A stretch of DNA of 63,526 nucleotides, counting the filler, from Kipferlia bialata (Eukaryota), in the NCBI GenBank assembly GCA_003568945.1. It is 4 parts of 3 records of this genome, joined end to end, with 100 filler letters (N's around TTAATTAATTAA, not from the genome) between each part and the next. Parts side by side here need not be neighbours in the genome. Positions count along the whole stretch, not along the records: positions 31,196 to 59,778 come from BDIP01000077.1; positions 59,879 to 63,526 come from BDIP01000126.1; 2 more parts are not named here. The stretch is one strand, 5' to 3'. The number at the start of each line of letters is the position of its first letter. Position 1 is the stretch's first letter. Positions 52,296 to 63,526 of this stretch are shown in pieces. Under the pieces are notes generated by a model, which worked only from the letters and a program-made list of their open reading frames with translations, had not been told where the DNA came from and did not search any database. A program made the translations under genes and the position numbers.

Positions 52296-53039
52296 TGGTT
52301 CACTAGCTGGGAGAGTCCGGGGGAAGAGACCATTGGATGCAATACTATTCCGTCTGTTCGATACTAGTGTTCTGTGGTCCCCTCCTAGGGACCTGTTCTC
52401 TGACTGAATAGGTGTGACTATGTCTTGTGACCAATATTCGTATTGTTTTGCTGATGATATTTTCAGTAACCTATCATTTAGGATGAATCAGTCGGACATT
52501 TGCGTTACGATCATTCCCATTATTCAATCTCTTCTATTAGTATATGCTCCTTCATAGTCACATGTGTGAATAGATCAGCGTCCCTCTCTATAACAAACAA
52601 CAAGTCGAGAGCGATGGTACAGACTCGGTCGTCCCGAAGGGTTGGCGAAAAACTACACACAATATGTGGGTTCCCAATGGGAACTCTTCCCATAACACGA
52701 GATAACTGCCTCATGTAGTATATCCAACTTACACAGTGTAGGATTGGTGTGACCCTTATGTGTTTTTTGTTCCAGTCTTGACAGGTGCCAGTGGCACTTC
52801 TCTTGAGTTCTTCCTGCAACCCAGTGTCGCTACCGTGCGTATTACGCCCCATTCAGAGACCATTTCTGTCCCCATAAGTGGGTTGGCCTGCTAAAGGTAT
52901 TCAGATTCGTATATAGAGAGAATTGTCTCATCAGCCTTGATGGTACCATGTCCTAGTCTGGTATTGGGTGTGTGCTTCCCCCAAGGGGTGAGAGTATGAC
53001 TTAGTGTGGACTAAGCATAGGGTCAGACCTGCTGTGAGA

Positions 53040-55506
53040 ATGACAATGACAATGACAATGACAATGACACGCCCTGAGGACAGAGACGATGAGGAGGTGC
53101 GGAGTGGGTATATAATGTGGTGACTCTCTCTCTCTCTCCCCCCCCCCCCCCCCCCTTCCCACGCACACACACTGGATTCTATAAATGTGTATCTCATATA
53201 TTCCCTGGCTCATGATAGGCCGATGATGAGCCCGTGATGATATTCTCCAACCCCCCTGTGTGGTTCCATCGGTTCAGTGACTATGTGCCGGAGGAGGAGA
53301 GGGGGCAAGGTCAGAGGGGGTAGTTATGTATGCTTATGTACACATATATGTATGGTCTGAGAGGACAGCAGCGGTGGGGACGTGACATGAAGGGACGTGA
53401 CATACATATATATATACTTGTAGGCTGTCGTCTATACAGTGTGGAGTCTGACCCCAGACTACAGCTGTGATGCCTACTCCCACTTCCACATGCCCCCTCC
53501 CCCCGTGGAGGACGGGCAGGACTACGTGTCATTCGGGGCAGTCATCACAGCGGGGCAGGTACTCTATGCTTATTGTGCAGTAGGATGACAGTCGAGTAAG
53601 ATAGTACGATGTATGTAATGCTTTGGGGTCTGTATGTCTGAAGACCTCTATCGATAGTAGTCAGTGCTGATACCAGATTGTCGAACCCCTGCAGGATGCC
53701 GATATTAGACCTCCAGGTATGTTAGGCTCCCACCCTTTCAGATTGGGGTGTGGATATGGGACGGAACAAGTGTTCTGTGGGTGTGTCATACATTCTTCGT
53801 CCCAGCTCATATATATGCCTATGTATGTACATTCCTGTACATATGTGTGTGTGACCCCCAGATACCATGCCTGCCCTCCGATCCCACCTGCATCTGCTGT
53901 TCGACAGCCTCATAGGTATCAGATACAATGTTATATGTGTGTATATATAGTTATGTATATATGTCATGTGTCATATGTACAGCATGTGTATGTGTGTGTG
54001 TGTGAATGTAACCCACCGAACACTGTATGTGACCTCTATACCTAATGTGTACATATGTATGCATGTACTCAATCTTAACGAGCCGAGGTGTCTCTGTGAT
54101 ACCATCATATGATATATGATATATGATATACAAGTAATGGTGACCTCTCTCATCCCTAGGCCGATGTCTCCAGGCCTGTGACGATCTGGTCAAGTACCCA
54201 GCCAGGTATATCGACAACTGTATATTGTAAATATTGATTAGTTTATATATATGTGTGTGTATTCATACGTCTGAGTAGACATGTACTGATGGCGCCATCT
54301 CTCTCTCTCTGCTGTCTGTGTCAGTATTAGTATATGTCCCACTCTCCATGTGTGTCTGACCCATATCCATATCTTATCCCTAGGTTCCAGGAGTCTGTCC
54401 CCCTGGATCAGAAGGCCAATGTCAATGCAGTCAAGGTGTATACATGTGTATATATGTATATGTATATAGTTTTATATGTATATGCATATATGTGTATATA
54501 TGTCAATGTCAATGCAGCCAAGGTGTGCCCATATGCCACAGTGTTATTATATATAATATATTGTATATTTTATATTTCATATTATATATTTTATATCCAG
54601 GTATATATCTAGGTTATCCTGCCCATACCTTTCCCCCCTTCTCCTCTTCGATTCTGAGTATACTCTCAGTACCCCCTACCATACCCTGTATCTAACCATA
54701 CCCTGTATCTAACCATACCCTATATCTAACCATACCCTATATCTAACCCTAGGACCTTATGGCACTCCATGATGGTATCATGGCGGCCCTCAATCCATTG
54801 CGGTGGGTGGAATATGCATATATAGTGGATATTGTTACTATTTACACATTCATTACCCATGATATGAGGCAGAGCCATTTTTCTGTCATCGTGATTGTGC
54901 GATTGTGTTTCTCCTTGCATCTTGTCAATTCCCCTTAGGAATATATCTATCTAATGTTATTGCCCTCTCAATCCCTGCTCATGGACGTATCACCTCCCCT
55001 CACCCCCAGCGTGCCCCAGGCCCAGGCCGAGATCACCCAGGTCAGTGTCGGTATACATGTATATATACTGATGACCCATACTCATGTACATACACTCATC
55101 ATCCAGGTTATGCTGCAGGAGGCACAGCGCCGGAGAGCACTCGTGGAGGTAGGAGGGATCTGACACTAGATGTGTTTTGTGTGTACATATACAGTGGAAC
55201 TATGTTATAGATATGGTTGGGGCCCGCATTCATACCGCACTCTCTTAAACATATTAGTCTAGTATGTGTGTATCAATGGGTTAGAGTAAACATGTGTTGC
55301 TCTGTAAGGTGATCTGAACTGCCATACATATTCTGTGTTTGTATCAGTGTCTGATCAGTCAACCATTGTTACATTGATAGTCATTGATGTCAGGAGTTGA
55401 GGGAACAGCGTTTGTCTGGTGAGAGACGCATGGACTGGGGTATCTCCCCCTCTGTACCAGCATCAGTGACACCTATGGGGAGTGCTGATACAGAGGCAGC
55501 GTCTAA
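53040..55506 (+). CDS. MED7: Mediator subunit 7, divergent
   Basis: FSNPPVWFHRF..MPPPP..YVSFG, LFDSLIG..DDLVKYP, KDLMALH..LNPLRVPQAQAEITQVMLQEAQRRR match the Med7 pattern (PPxY..PPxP..YxMFG..NExRPHQARE). Confidence 0.75.
54685..54750. repeat. Intronic tandem repeat of about 16 bp (accataccctgtatcta-like, about 4 copies) just upstream of an acceptor
   Basis: Direct repeats are visible, each carrying a ctaac branch-like motif. Confidence 0.7.
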
Positions 55507-55950
55507 ATCCGTTGAGTGACATGCTGTATACATGATATAGACTGACAGGGTTATGGTCATTTCACCTTTGAGTGTATGTGATGGTCAATTTATATGTGGA
55601 TACGGGGTCGTATTTCTATGGTATTCACTTACTTGACTCATAAGTTTTGACTCATGAGTTAAGTGAGTACAGTGGACACTTCATAGGTCCATGGGAATAC
55701 ATGTGTGACTCTGTGCCCTCAGTATTGGAAAATATGTGGACCTTACATTGGTACGATATGTCTGTATGTGCATTGTGGCCAAAGAGAATATCAACACAGT
55801 ATCATCATAGAGTAAATATATATAGTATACATCCACTACTACACAAAGGATCCATTTACTAACACTCAACACATAAAACACTAAACCGAACTCTTGCTCT
55901 CACTGAGCCACTGTCCATCAACAGTACAGTGACGCATGTCTGTCTCATGC

Positions 55951-58900
55951 CTATCTCATGAAGTGGCGCTCCCTCTTCTTGGCAATGGCCTCGCGAAGCC
56001 TCCTGCCCTCGGCAGCAGTCCTCTCTGACTCCTAGGGGTAAGACACACGAGATACACACACTAGACATAGGAATCAGTACCGGAGCGAGACATGTATCAG
56101 AGAATATGACGTGTGCAATGCATTACACACAGAGAGAGGATATCTGACAAAGACACATATATACATAAAATAGTAAATACTGAAACACCAACACATATAC
56201 ATACCCATCATCAACCATACAAGTATATCTACCATCTAGAACACCACCATAACCCTACGCAGTATAGATATACACCAGCACACTTGCATCTATGTCCACC
56301 CGTACCGATGCCATTCTGCCCGTGGCCCTGCCTGTGCGGGAGGGGGTCTGACCGATCCTGGCACTTAGCATACATGATATGGGATACATGAGAACAAGCA
56401 CTGCAACATATGTATGTATGTATGGGGGATAGGATACTGGACATATATATATCTAGAGCACTCGAGTCAATAGTGTCAGCAGCAGAAACACAGACATGTA
56501 TCACTAGCATAGACACACAGACATGAGCATAGACAGCAGTCACACCAGCAATGCCCTACCTGGAGGTGCGTGTGGTCTTGGGTGTGGGCTGGGGGACCCT
56601 CTTGGACATGGGGGTGCTGTCAAGACGGGAGGCTGGGGGTTGGCAGGGTGCGATGGGATGAGGACAAGGATATGGATATGGCAAGGGTTAAGGACACGGG
56701 GGTACTGTCAACACTCTGTCAAAGAATCAATCAATACCTATTCGTATGTTTACATATACATACACTTGACATTATCTGTCTGACATATACAACTGTTCGT
56801 AGGATATACTGCCACTAACCTGGTCTCTTGGTGGCTCTGGAGGTGCCCGGGGCTGCCCTTCTGGTACGGGGGGTGGGGGCAGGGGCACCTGGCAGTGAGA
56901 CGGAGATCTATATAATGACACATGACCCAGTGACATGACGCATAGGACTCCTTCCCATACTCATTCACTACTACTGAACTCAACAAACAAATACTGTAGT
57001 GTGGAGTGCTGCCTAGAGAGGTGTGAGTCGTGGCCCTACCTGCGGTGGGGCTCTGCATGCTCATCTTGACCTTGCTGGCCTGACCTAGGGGTAAGGTGGT
57101 AAAATAGTAAGGTAGTAAGGTGGTAGGGTAGTAAGGTAGTAAGGGGGGAGGCAATATCGGTAGTTATGGTATGCATCTGTACGTACCCTGCTGCCTGCCG
57201 GTGCCCTTGGGGGCACGCACAGAGGCACGCACAGACCTCTTGGCAGTGCCCACTGGGGTGAGGTGGTGACAAGGAGGTCCGTGTACAATATGGGTATAAG
57301 TATACATATATATAAATATATATAAATAGATTAACAAAGGCCAGGCGTGTACCCATGTGCCCATATATATAAATGTCCCTATTTATATATATATCCACTG
57401 TGCATATATACCTGCCCTGGCACTGTCCTGGGCTGTCCTAGGCCTGGAGGGGGTGCCTGCGTTGGCCCTCATGGTCTGGGCCAGGTTGCCGGTGGACTTG
57501 GAGCCGAATGGGATGCTGGGGTCAGATCGATTGATTGATTGATTGATTAATTGATTGATTGATTGATAGACTCAGCAGTGGCACACGTGTGTGAGACAGC
57601 ATCTATGCATGTACCTGCCCCTGGCGTTGGGGTCCTTGGTGGCACTGGGGGGGACGGTGGCGGCCCTGGTCTTGGAGGGCCCACTCCTCTCCTGGACATC
57701 AACACACATCTCTACATGTATATATACATATATACATATATATATGTCACAAGAGGAGGGGATAGAGATGCTCTGAGAGTGGGAGACACCACACCCTCTT
57801 CGAGTATTCAGTAGCACTACACCCTACACCAGCCTGCATACCTTGGCCAGCCTCTGCTGGTACTTGGCCCTCAGGTGGTCGTTGCTGGATATTAGGGTGT
57901 GCACGGCCTCCTTGAGGTCCCTGCCCTCGTAGGGGAACTGGCCCCCGACAGTCGACTGGGGTGGGGGGGACACTGAATAGTGATGACACAATTACAATGC
58001 ATGCAGTATCGCAGGTATCAAGGTGTTGCCTGCCAGTGCCGCAGGTGTGCATACCTCTATAGACTGAAGGACTGCACAAACAGCAGTAGAAGTAGTGTGC
58101 AGCTATACACACCATATATGGATGTATCCATATCACACACCTCATCAAAGTCCGTGGCCTCGTCGTCTGTGGACTGAGGGGCATCAGCATTGACGTCTGT
58201 CTCCTGGGCGTGAGGGGGCATTTACACAACACCTCAGGACCTAGTATACAGGCATGGCGCATGGCATACAGTCGTACCTCATCATCCACCTCTGTCTCCT
58301 CGCCGTCCATATCCACATCCCCACTGTCCTCGGAGGGGAGAGGCCTGCCACTGTAGAATAGGTCGTCCAGGCCTGTGCCGGGCACCTTGCCTACACGGTC
58401 AGAGGGGGTATGGGAAGGGGCAGCAGTAGGGGAACGGGTATATACTATATATATGTGTGTATATTGACTGGAGGACAGGCAGATATACGTAGTCTCGGCT
58501 GCTCCACTGTAACAGCCCTGTCCATATGCGATATGGGACAGATACAGTACCGTACCGTGTGGTGCCCTCTCCCAGGCCTCCAGCCTGGCATACAGCATGG
58601 CAGCCACCCTGGGGTGAGGGAGAGGCACGACTATTGCTGATACTACTCCTGATACTACTCCGTCAACCAGGTCCTATAGAATACAGAGTGCGATGATACA
58701 GTACTCTCAATGTCACCAGTACTCACTAAATATTTATATATATATCTACACAAATCAGAGACTGACTCATAATCACACTACATATATATATAGACCAGCC
58801 AGATATATACATATATCTATACATCTATCTCCACTTACTTTGGGACAGTCTCCTTGGCCACTCTGCCTAGTCTGGTCTCCTCCTGACAATCAATCAATCA

Positions 58901-59728
58901 ATCAATTAATCAAATAGAAGTAATAGTTGAGCCAGGGAATATCAATCAACCAACCAATCAATGACATCAAGAGAGGGAAGCCAATAGATGGCGATTGACA
59001 GAGTAATAGTCGGTTGATGTTTCACTGTATCATAACATGTCCCACGTGGATGTACCTTCAGCCTCTGGGCAGCGCCCTTCTTCTTCGACTGGAACCTGTT
59101 CTGGTCCGAGGTGATCTCTATGTACCTCTTCATCTCCTCGAGGGCATGGTCATACCTGAGGGGTGGGGGGCTCGGATGGGTGAGGGTACCCTCAGATGGG
59201 TGATACTGATACTGATACTGATACTGATCTAAGTGAGTGGCGAGACCTCCCCATGCCTCTCCTCCCTCAATATGCATATGCTTACTATTCATACCTCTCT
59301 ACCAGCTGGATGATGCTGTGCCTCTCTGTCCAGGCATCCTCGAGGTGCTTGCGGTATATCTGGGTGAGACCACTGACGCATAGAGACAGGTGCCAAAGGT
59401 AGGGGGAGACAGACAAAGGGAGAAGGCTCCACACTAAATCGGTCCCTTGGCATAGTGTAGAGTGCAGGGTGTACCTTTGTGACCTCCAGCAGCCTCACGT
59501 AGTCCACCTTGACACCCCCGTTGGTCTCGTCACACAGCTGGTACGACCTGGCAGGTAAGGGGGAGACACATGGAGGTGGTATCTATAGGTGAGTGCGTGG
59601 GGGTACATGGGGGTACCAACACCACTCACTTGAAGACCTCGCACTCAGCCGTGGGCATGTGCAGCCTGCCCCACATCTGGGCAATGTCGTTCCTCAGCGT
59701 CTCCAGGAGCTGGGTGGCCATGACCTTC
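55951..59728 (-). CDS. Microtubule cross-linker of the MAP65/Ase1/PRC1 family, 5' part interrupted by a gap
   Basis: LRNDIAQMWGRL, IIQLVERYDHALEEMKRYIEITSDQNRFQSKKKGAAQRLKEETRLGR..PK..LYARLEAWE, followed by a basic Pro/Ser/Thr-rich tail; stop at 55951. Confidence 0.75.
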
Positions 59729-59778
59729 CTGACAGTGAGGGGGGGGGGGGGGGGGCATCCGGGGGGGAGGGGCGCAAA

Positions 59779-59878
59779 NNNNNNNNNNNNNNNNNNNNNN
59801 NNNNNNNNNNNNNNNNNNNNNNTTAATTAATTAANNNNNNNNNNNNNNNNNNNNNNNNNNNNNNNNNNNNNNNNNNNN
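59779..59878. other. Assembly gap with artificial TTAATTAATTAA linker
   Basis: 100-nt N block with the central linker. Confidence 0.95.
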
Positions 59879-60291
59879 AACAACAACAACCCCAAACGGT
59901 GTCTTTCGACACCCACTGATTATTGAATGGCGGGGTGGTTGTGTTCCGATTCGTGGGTAGTAAACGAATACTTATAAGGACACCAAGCCTTCATCCATGT
60001 TTGTCGGTGTAGTTGTAACTCTTAGACCACAAGGGGGGGGGGGGGGGGGGGGGCGGCGGGGGGAAAAAAAAAAAAAAAAAAAAAAGGGAGGGGGGGGGGG
60101 GGGGGGGGGGGGAGGGTATAGAAACCAAACCCATAGCTGTTAGACGATATATGATGGGGAGGTATCTAGGGGGGGTCAATACCCTATATATATGACAGGA
60201 AGTCAGGGCAGATGATAGATGATCCACAGAGATTCCAGAAGAAAGAATAGCGGTGTGCAATAGACAACTTGGTACTGCCAAACACCCTCAC

Positions 60292-60848
60292 CTCTTGAGG
60301 TCCCTTGATGTGGATGCCATGATGTCTGCAACCTCATGGGCCTGGGGGTGAGGGGGGGATACTGCACAGATAGACACAGGAGGGGTAGAACAGGGTAAGA
60401 CAGAGAGAGAGACCAATCCTGTGCACCTTTGGCATGACTGCATCATCTCCAAAGAAAGACTCAGAGAGACGGGCGGGGTCTCTGCTCCTCACAGCAGCAA
60501 TAACCCTATGGTCAGATAGATATGATTTCGGTACCGGTACCGGTATCGAAATGTATCATTGCTGCATAATTCCACTCTACCTGCTGATCTGGGCATCCAC
60601 AGCGGGCAGGGACTCGGGAACATCCTCCTCTTCGGTGTGAGAGGACTCCTGCCGTGAGACCAGGATAAGGTGGGTTAGTGATATACAAAGCGAATCAATC
60701 CTACTGAACCGTATCTGGGGCGGGTAGCCCGGGGGAGGCAGTATAGCAACTATTGACATACCTCGTCCCTGGCGGGAGGCCGCCGGTACTGTTGTCTACC
60801 CTGGAAACCCATACTACGTGTGGGTGTACGATAGAGCCTTGGCATCAT
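60292..60848 (-). CDS. First exons of a minus-strand gene, possibly the 5' end of the MAP65-like gene across the gap
   Basis: MMPRLYRTPTRSMGFQGRQQYRRPPARDE / ESSHTEEEDVPESLPAVDAQIS / RVIAAVRSRDPARLSESFFGDDAVMPK / AHEVADIMASTSRDLKR with canonical splice sites. Confidence 0.5.
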
Positions 60849-60980
60849 TATTAGCATGATGAACCTTTTTGTCAATGAGGGTGTAGGTACATCTAGACCC
60901 TTTTATGAAAATATGAAAAACCTAGTTGCCAGCCTGGAGTCCAGGATACTGCTTCTTCTCACGGTACCAAGACAAAAGAA

Positions 60981-62510
60981 ATGTTTGAGGCACACCTGGA
61001 GCAGGCTTCCACGCTGAAGAAGGTATTTCATCTATTCGTCATTTTCTGGATATGTGGGATGCATACCTGACCTTCCAGATGATCGAGGCTGTGAAGGGCC
61101 TGGTTAACCACGTGAACATCAACTGCAACGAGCAGGGCATGTCCATCCAGGCTATTGACACTAGCCACGTTGCTCTTGTCTACCTCAAGCGTACGTTGCT
61201 GTGTTATTGACTCTTTTGCAAAACCCGCTCAATCCTACTCACTCTAGTCCGTACCGAGGGATTCGCTCTCTACAACTGCGAGAAGAGCATCAGCCTTGGA
61301 ATCAGCATGGATCACCTTTCCAAGATCCTCAAGTCTGCTGCTAACAACGATACCGTTATCATCAGGTATTGGTGAAACAGTCATTCATGGCCTCGCTGTC
61401 TCTTTACATTTGTCCAGTTTCCGGGACGGTTATATGACGTTTCTGATGTATATTTAGTTACCATTCCACCTCTGCATCCATGTATGTGTATATATTTGGT
61501 AGTAGTGAGTGCAATGGGTGACGCTCATTTGTGCCGTTTCCCTCTTCCGCCACACTATTCACATTTCAATGTCACTGTCTTTCCTCTGCCACATCTCACC
61601 CCTAGGGCCGAGGACGAGAAGGACTCCCTGCACATCATCTTCCAGCCACAGGACGAGAAGAGGGTGTCCACCTTTGAGCTCAAGCTGCTCGACATCGACA
61701 TCCCCCAGCTAGTCATCCCCGTCACTGAGGTAGGGCATGCCGGGACAGGGCTAGTGGGCAGCACACGACTACATGTTGTGTCATGAGTCTCATTGATTCT
61801 GCTTCCTTATTACCAATATATTTTTCACTCATGTATATACATGTCCACCTCTCTGACCCCAGTTCACTGCCAATGTCACCATTGCCTCTGGTGAGTTCCA
61901 GCGTATCTGCAGGGACCTCAACGCCCTGGGTGAGAACGTGTCTCTGTCCGCCAACAAGGAGGGAATGCGCTTCAGCGTTGATGGCGAGACCGCCTCCGGC
62001 TCTGTGCTCCTCCAGGTAGGACCCTCTCTCTCTGCTTCCCTCTCTCTCTACCTTGTTAACCCCAGCCCACCGACAACGTGTCTGACGAGGAGAGCGGCGC
62101 CAACACTGTGGTGCAGATCAAGACCCCCGTGGAGCAGTCCTTCCCCCTGCGCTACATGCTGTCCTTCGCCAAGGTATGGGGACATATAGTATATGTCAAT
62201 CTCATACCCCTAAGACCCCCCCCCCCCTTCCCTCACCCCTAGGCCACCCCCATCTCCGACATTGTCACCTTCGAGATGGCTGATGACATCCCCCTTGCCG
62301 TCACATACCCCATCGAGGGCCAGGGCTTTGTCAAGTACTTCCTTGCCCCCAAGATCGATGGAGGCTCCGACGACGAGGGAGACGAGGATGAGGTGGGTTC
62401 TGGTGGTGTATACCCTTCACCCTTTGTATTTATATATGTGTGTGTATATGCCGGCTCCACCACCCCCTCACCCCCAGGGCGATGACGAGGGCGACTCCAT
62501 GGAGGACTAA
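60981..62510 (+). CDS. PCNA: Proliferating cell nuclear antigen
   Basis: [73 protein letters not shown]. Confidence 0.98.
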
Positions 62511-62951
62511 GTGCCCTGTCGCACCCGAGGGGTAGCAGGGTCTCCTGACGTCTTTAGTTGGGATGACCCCTGTCCCTTCGTTGTTAACTGGCCTCTGGGA
62601 TATTGAGTGTTGTATCAGTGTCTGTGGCATGTGCGTTTCTTTGTAGATATCCTTAGTGAACTAGCTGGGGAGTCGAATCATGCTTAATAATAGACTTGAG
62701 CTTGTACCAATTCATCAGGTGTTGGTGTTCTATCATGAGTGGTCTGTTCTTAACGTTGTGAGTCAGTCTGGAAGAGTATATATTGGCACGTCCTTGGGCG
62801 GCGCTGCTTTGCTCTCTTTTCAAGCAGAGAATGGAAACCCACACCCTTTCGGCACAAACAAAAACATGCACCCAGTAATGGGCTCACTGTCCCTTCTTCT
62901 GAGGCTCCTGACTCAGTGTCAGTCCCCACCCCAGTTACCGGCAGTCCTAGC

Positions 62952-63442
62952 ATGAGTGACAACCCCAACCTGCTCTACAGCGAGACTGAGGGCGAGTCCT
63001 CAGTCGAGGAGGTGGGCAATGGACTCTGTGTGGAGTCACTACCACTCTTGTATATGTAGCTATATCCGCATCCTCTCACGCTCAGGTACCCGAGCACTCA
63101 GAGGATGAGGTGAAGGGAGGTATGAGCATCTGGCTATATATGTGGATTGGATCGTAGCGTTAGTCTCTGTCCCTCTCACTCAAGGCCCCAAGGCACCCCC
63201 CCGGCGGCAGAGGCAGTTTGGGGCCAGAGATGCAGAGCCCAAGGCACCCCCCAGGCCCAAGGTAGCAGTTACAGTGTTTGGGTACCTGTCAGGGATAGAT
63301 AGTCAAGTGCCACTGTGTCACTGACCCCAGAAGGCTGAGGATGAGGCCCCCCTAGAGATTGTGTCCCACCTGCAGAGGAATGGGCCTGTCAAGTCGGAGT
63401 TCGAGGCAGACGAGATGAACACAGATATCAACTTCCTGTCAG
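62952..63442 (+). CDS. 5' exons of an unidentified gene with an acidic, low-complexity N-terminus; truncated by the window end
   Basis: MSDNPNLLYSETEGESSVEE / VPEHSEDEVKG / GPKAPPRRQRQF.. / KAEDEAPLEIVSHLQR.. joined in phase. Confidence 0.55.
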
Positions 63443-63468
63443 GTAGGGGCACCCTGCACACCTTATTC

Positions 63469-63512
<44 letters not shown>

Positions 63513-63526
63513 ACCCCCCTCTCCCC

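Noticed and set aside
57526..57567. (GATT)n tract, and CAATC-type repeats at 44986-45020 and 58888
   Set aside because: Simple microsatellites with no sign of telomeric or regulatory function.
14935..62510. Apparent cluster of replication and chromosome genes (POLE2, SWI5, TEL2, MAP65, PCNA)
   Set aside because: The genes lie on three pieces separated by artificial linkers and are interspersed with unrelated genes; adjacency is unproven.
222..63324. Most short ORFs in the six-frame track (YIYI, SLSL, CVCV-rich)
   Set aside because: They are read-throughs of intronic microsatellites or antisense shadows of real exons.

Overview
Intron-rich eukaryotic draft-genome sequence, most likely from a protist. 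The short introns with a branch point next to the acceptor and the highly divergent proteins suggest a free-living fornicate/metamonad, but this is inference only. Four pieces are joined by N-gaps carrying an artificial TTAATTAATTAA linker. Manual splicing gives these genes in order: an ankyrin-repeat gene, a long gene with many in-frame stops but intact exon phases, a membrane-protein fragment, an ARM-like gene, DNA polymerase epsilon subunit B, a kinase-HECT-Rcat(RING2) fusion head-to-head with a NEK-like kinase carrying a ricin-B lectin domain, SWI5, a TBC1D5-like fragment, a 70-aa microprotein head-to-head with CPSF73, ZNF598/Hel2, TEL2, MED7, MAP65/PRC1, PCNA and the start of an unknown gene. 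Four signals stand out. (1) Introns carry 'echo' copies of the neighbouring exon ends, with their splice sites, that differ from the exon almost only at synonymous positions. (2) One gene has about 18 nonsense codons, all explicable as CpR transitions, with almost no frameshifts, suggesting a RIP-like process or RNA editing. (3) One protein fuses a kinase to two different catalytic-cysteine E3 ligase modules. (4) An AAAAGGGTYTAG motif recurs upstream of start codons. All gene models were read by eye, without alignment tools or RNA data.
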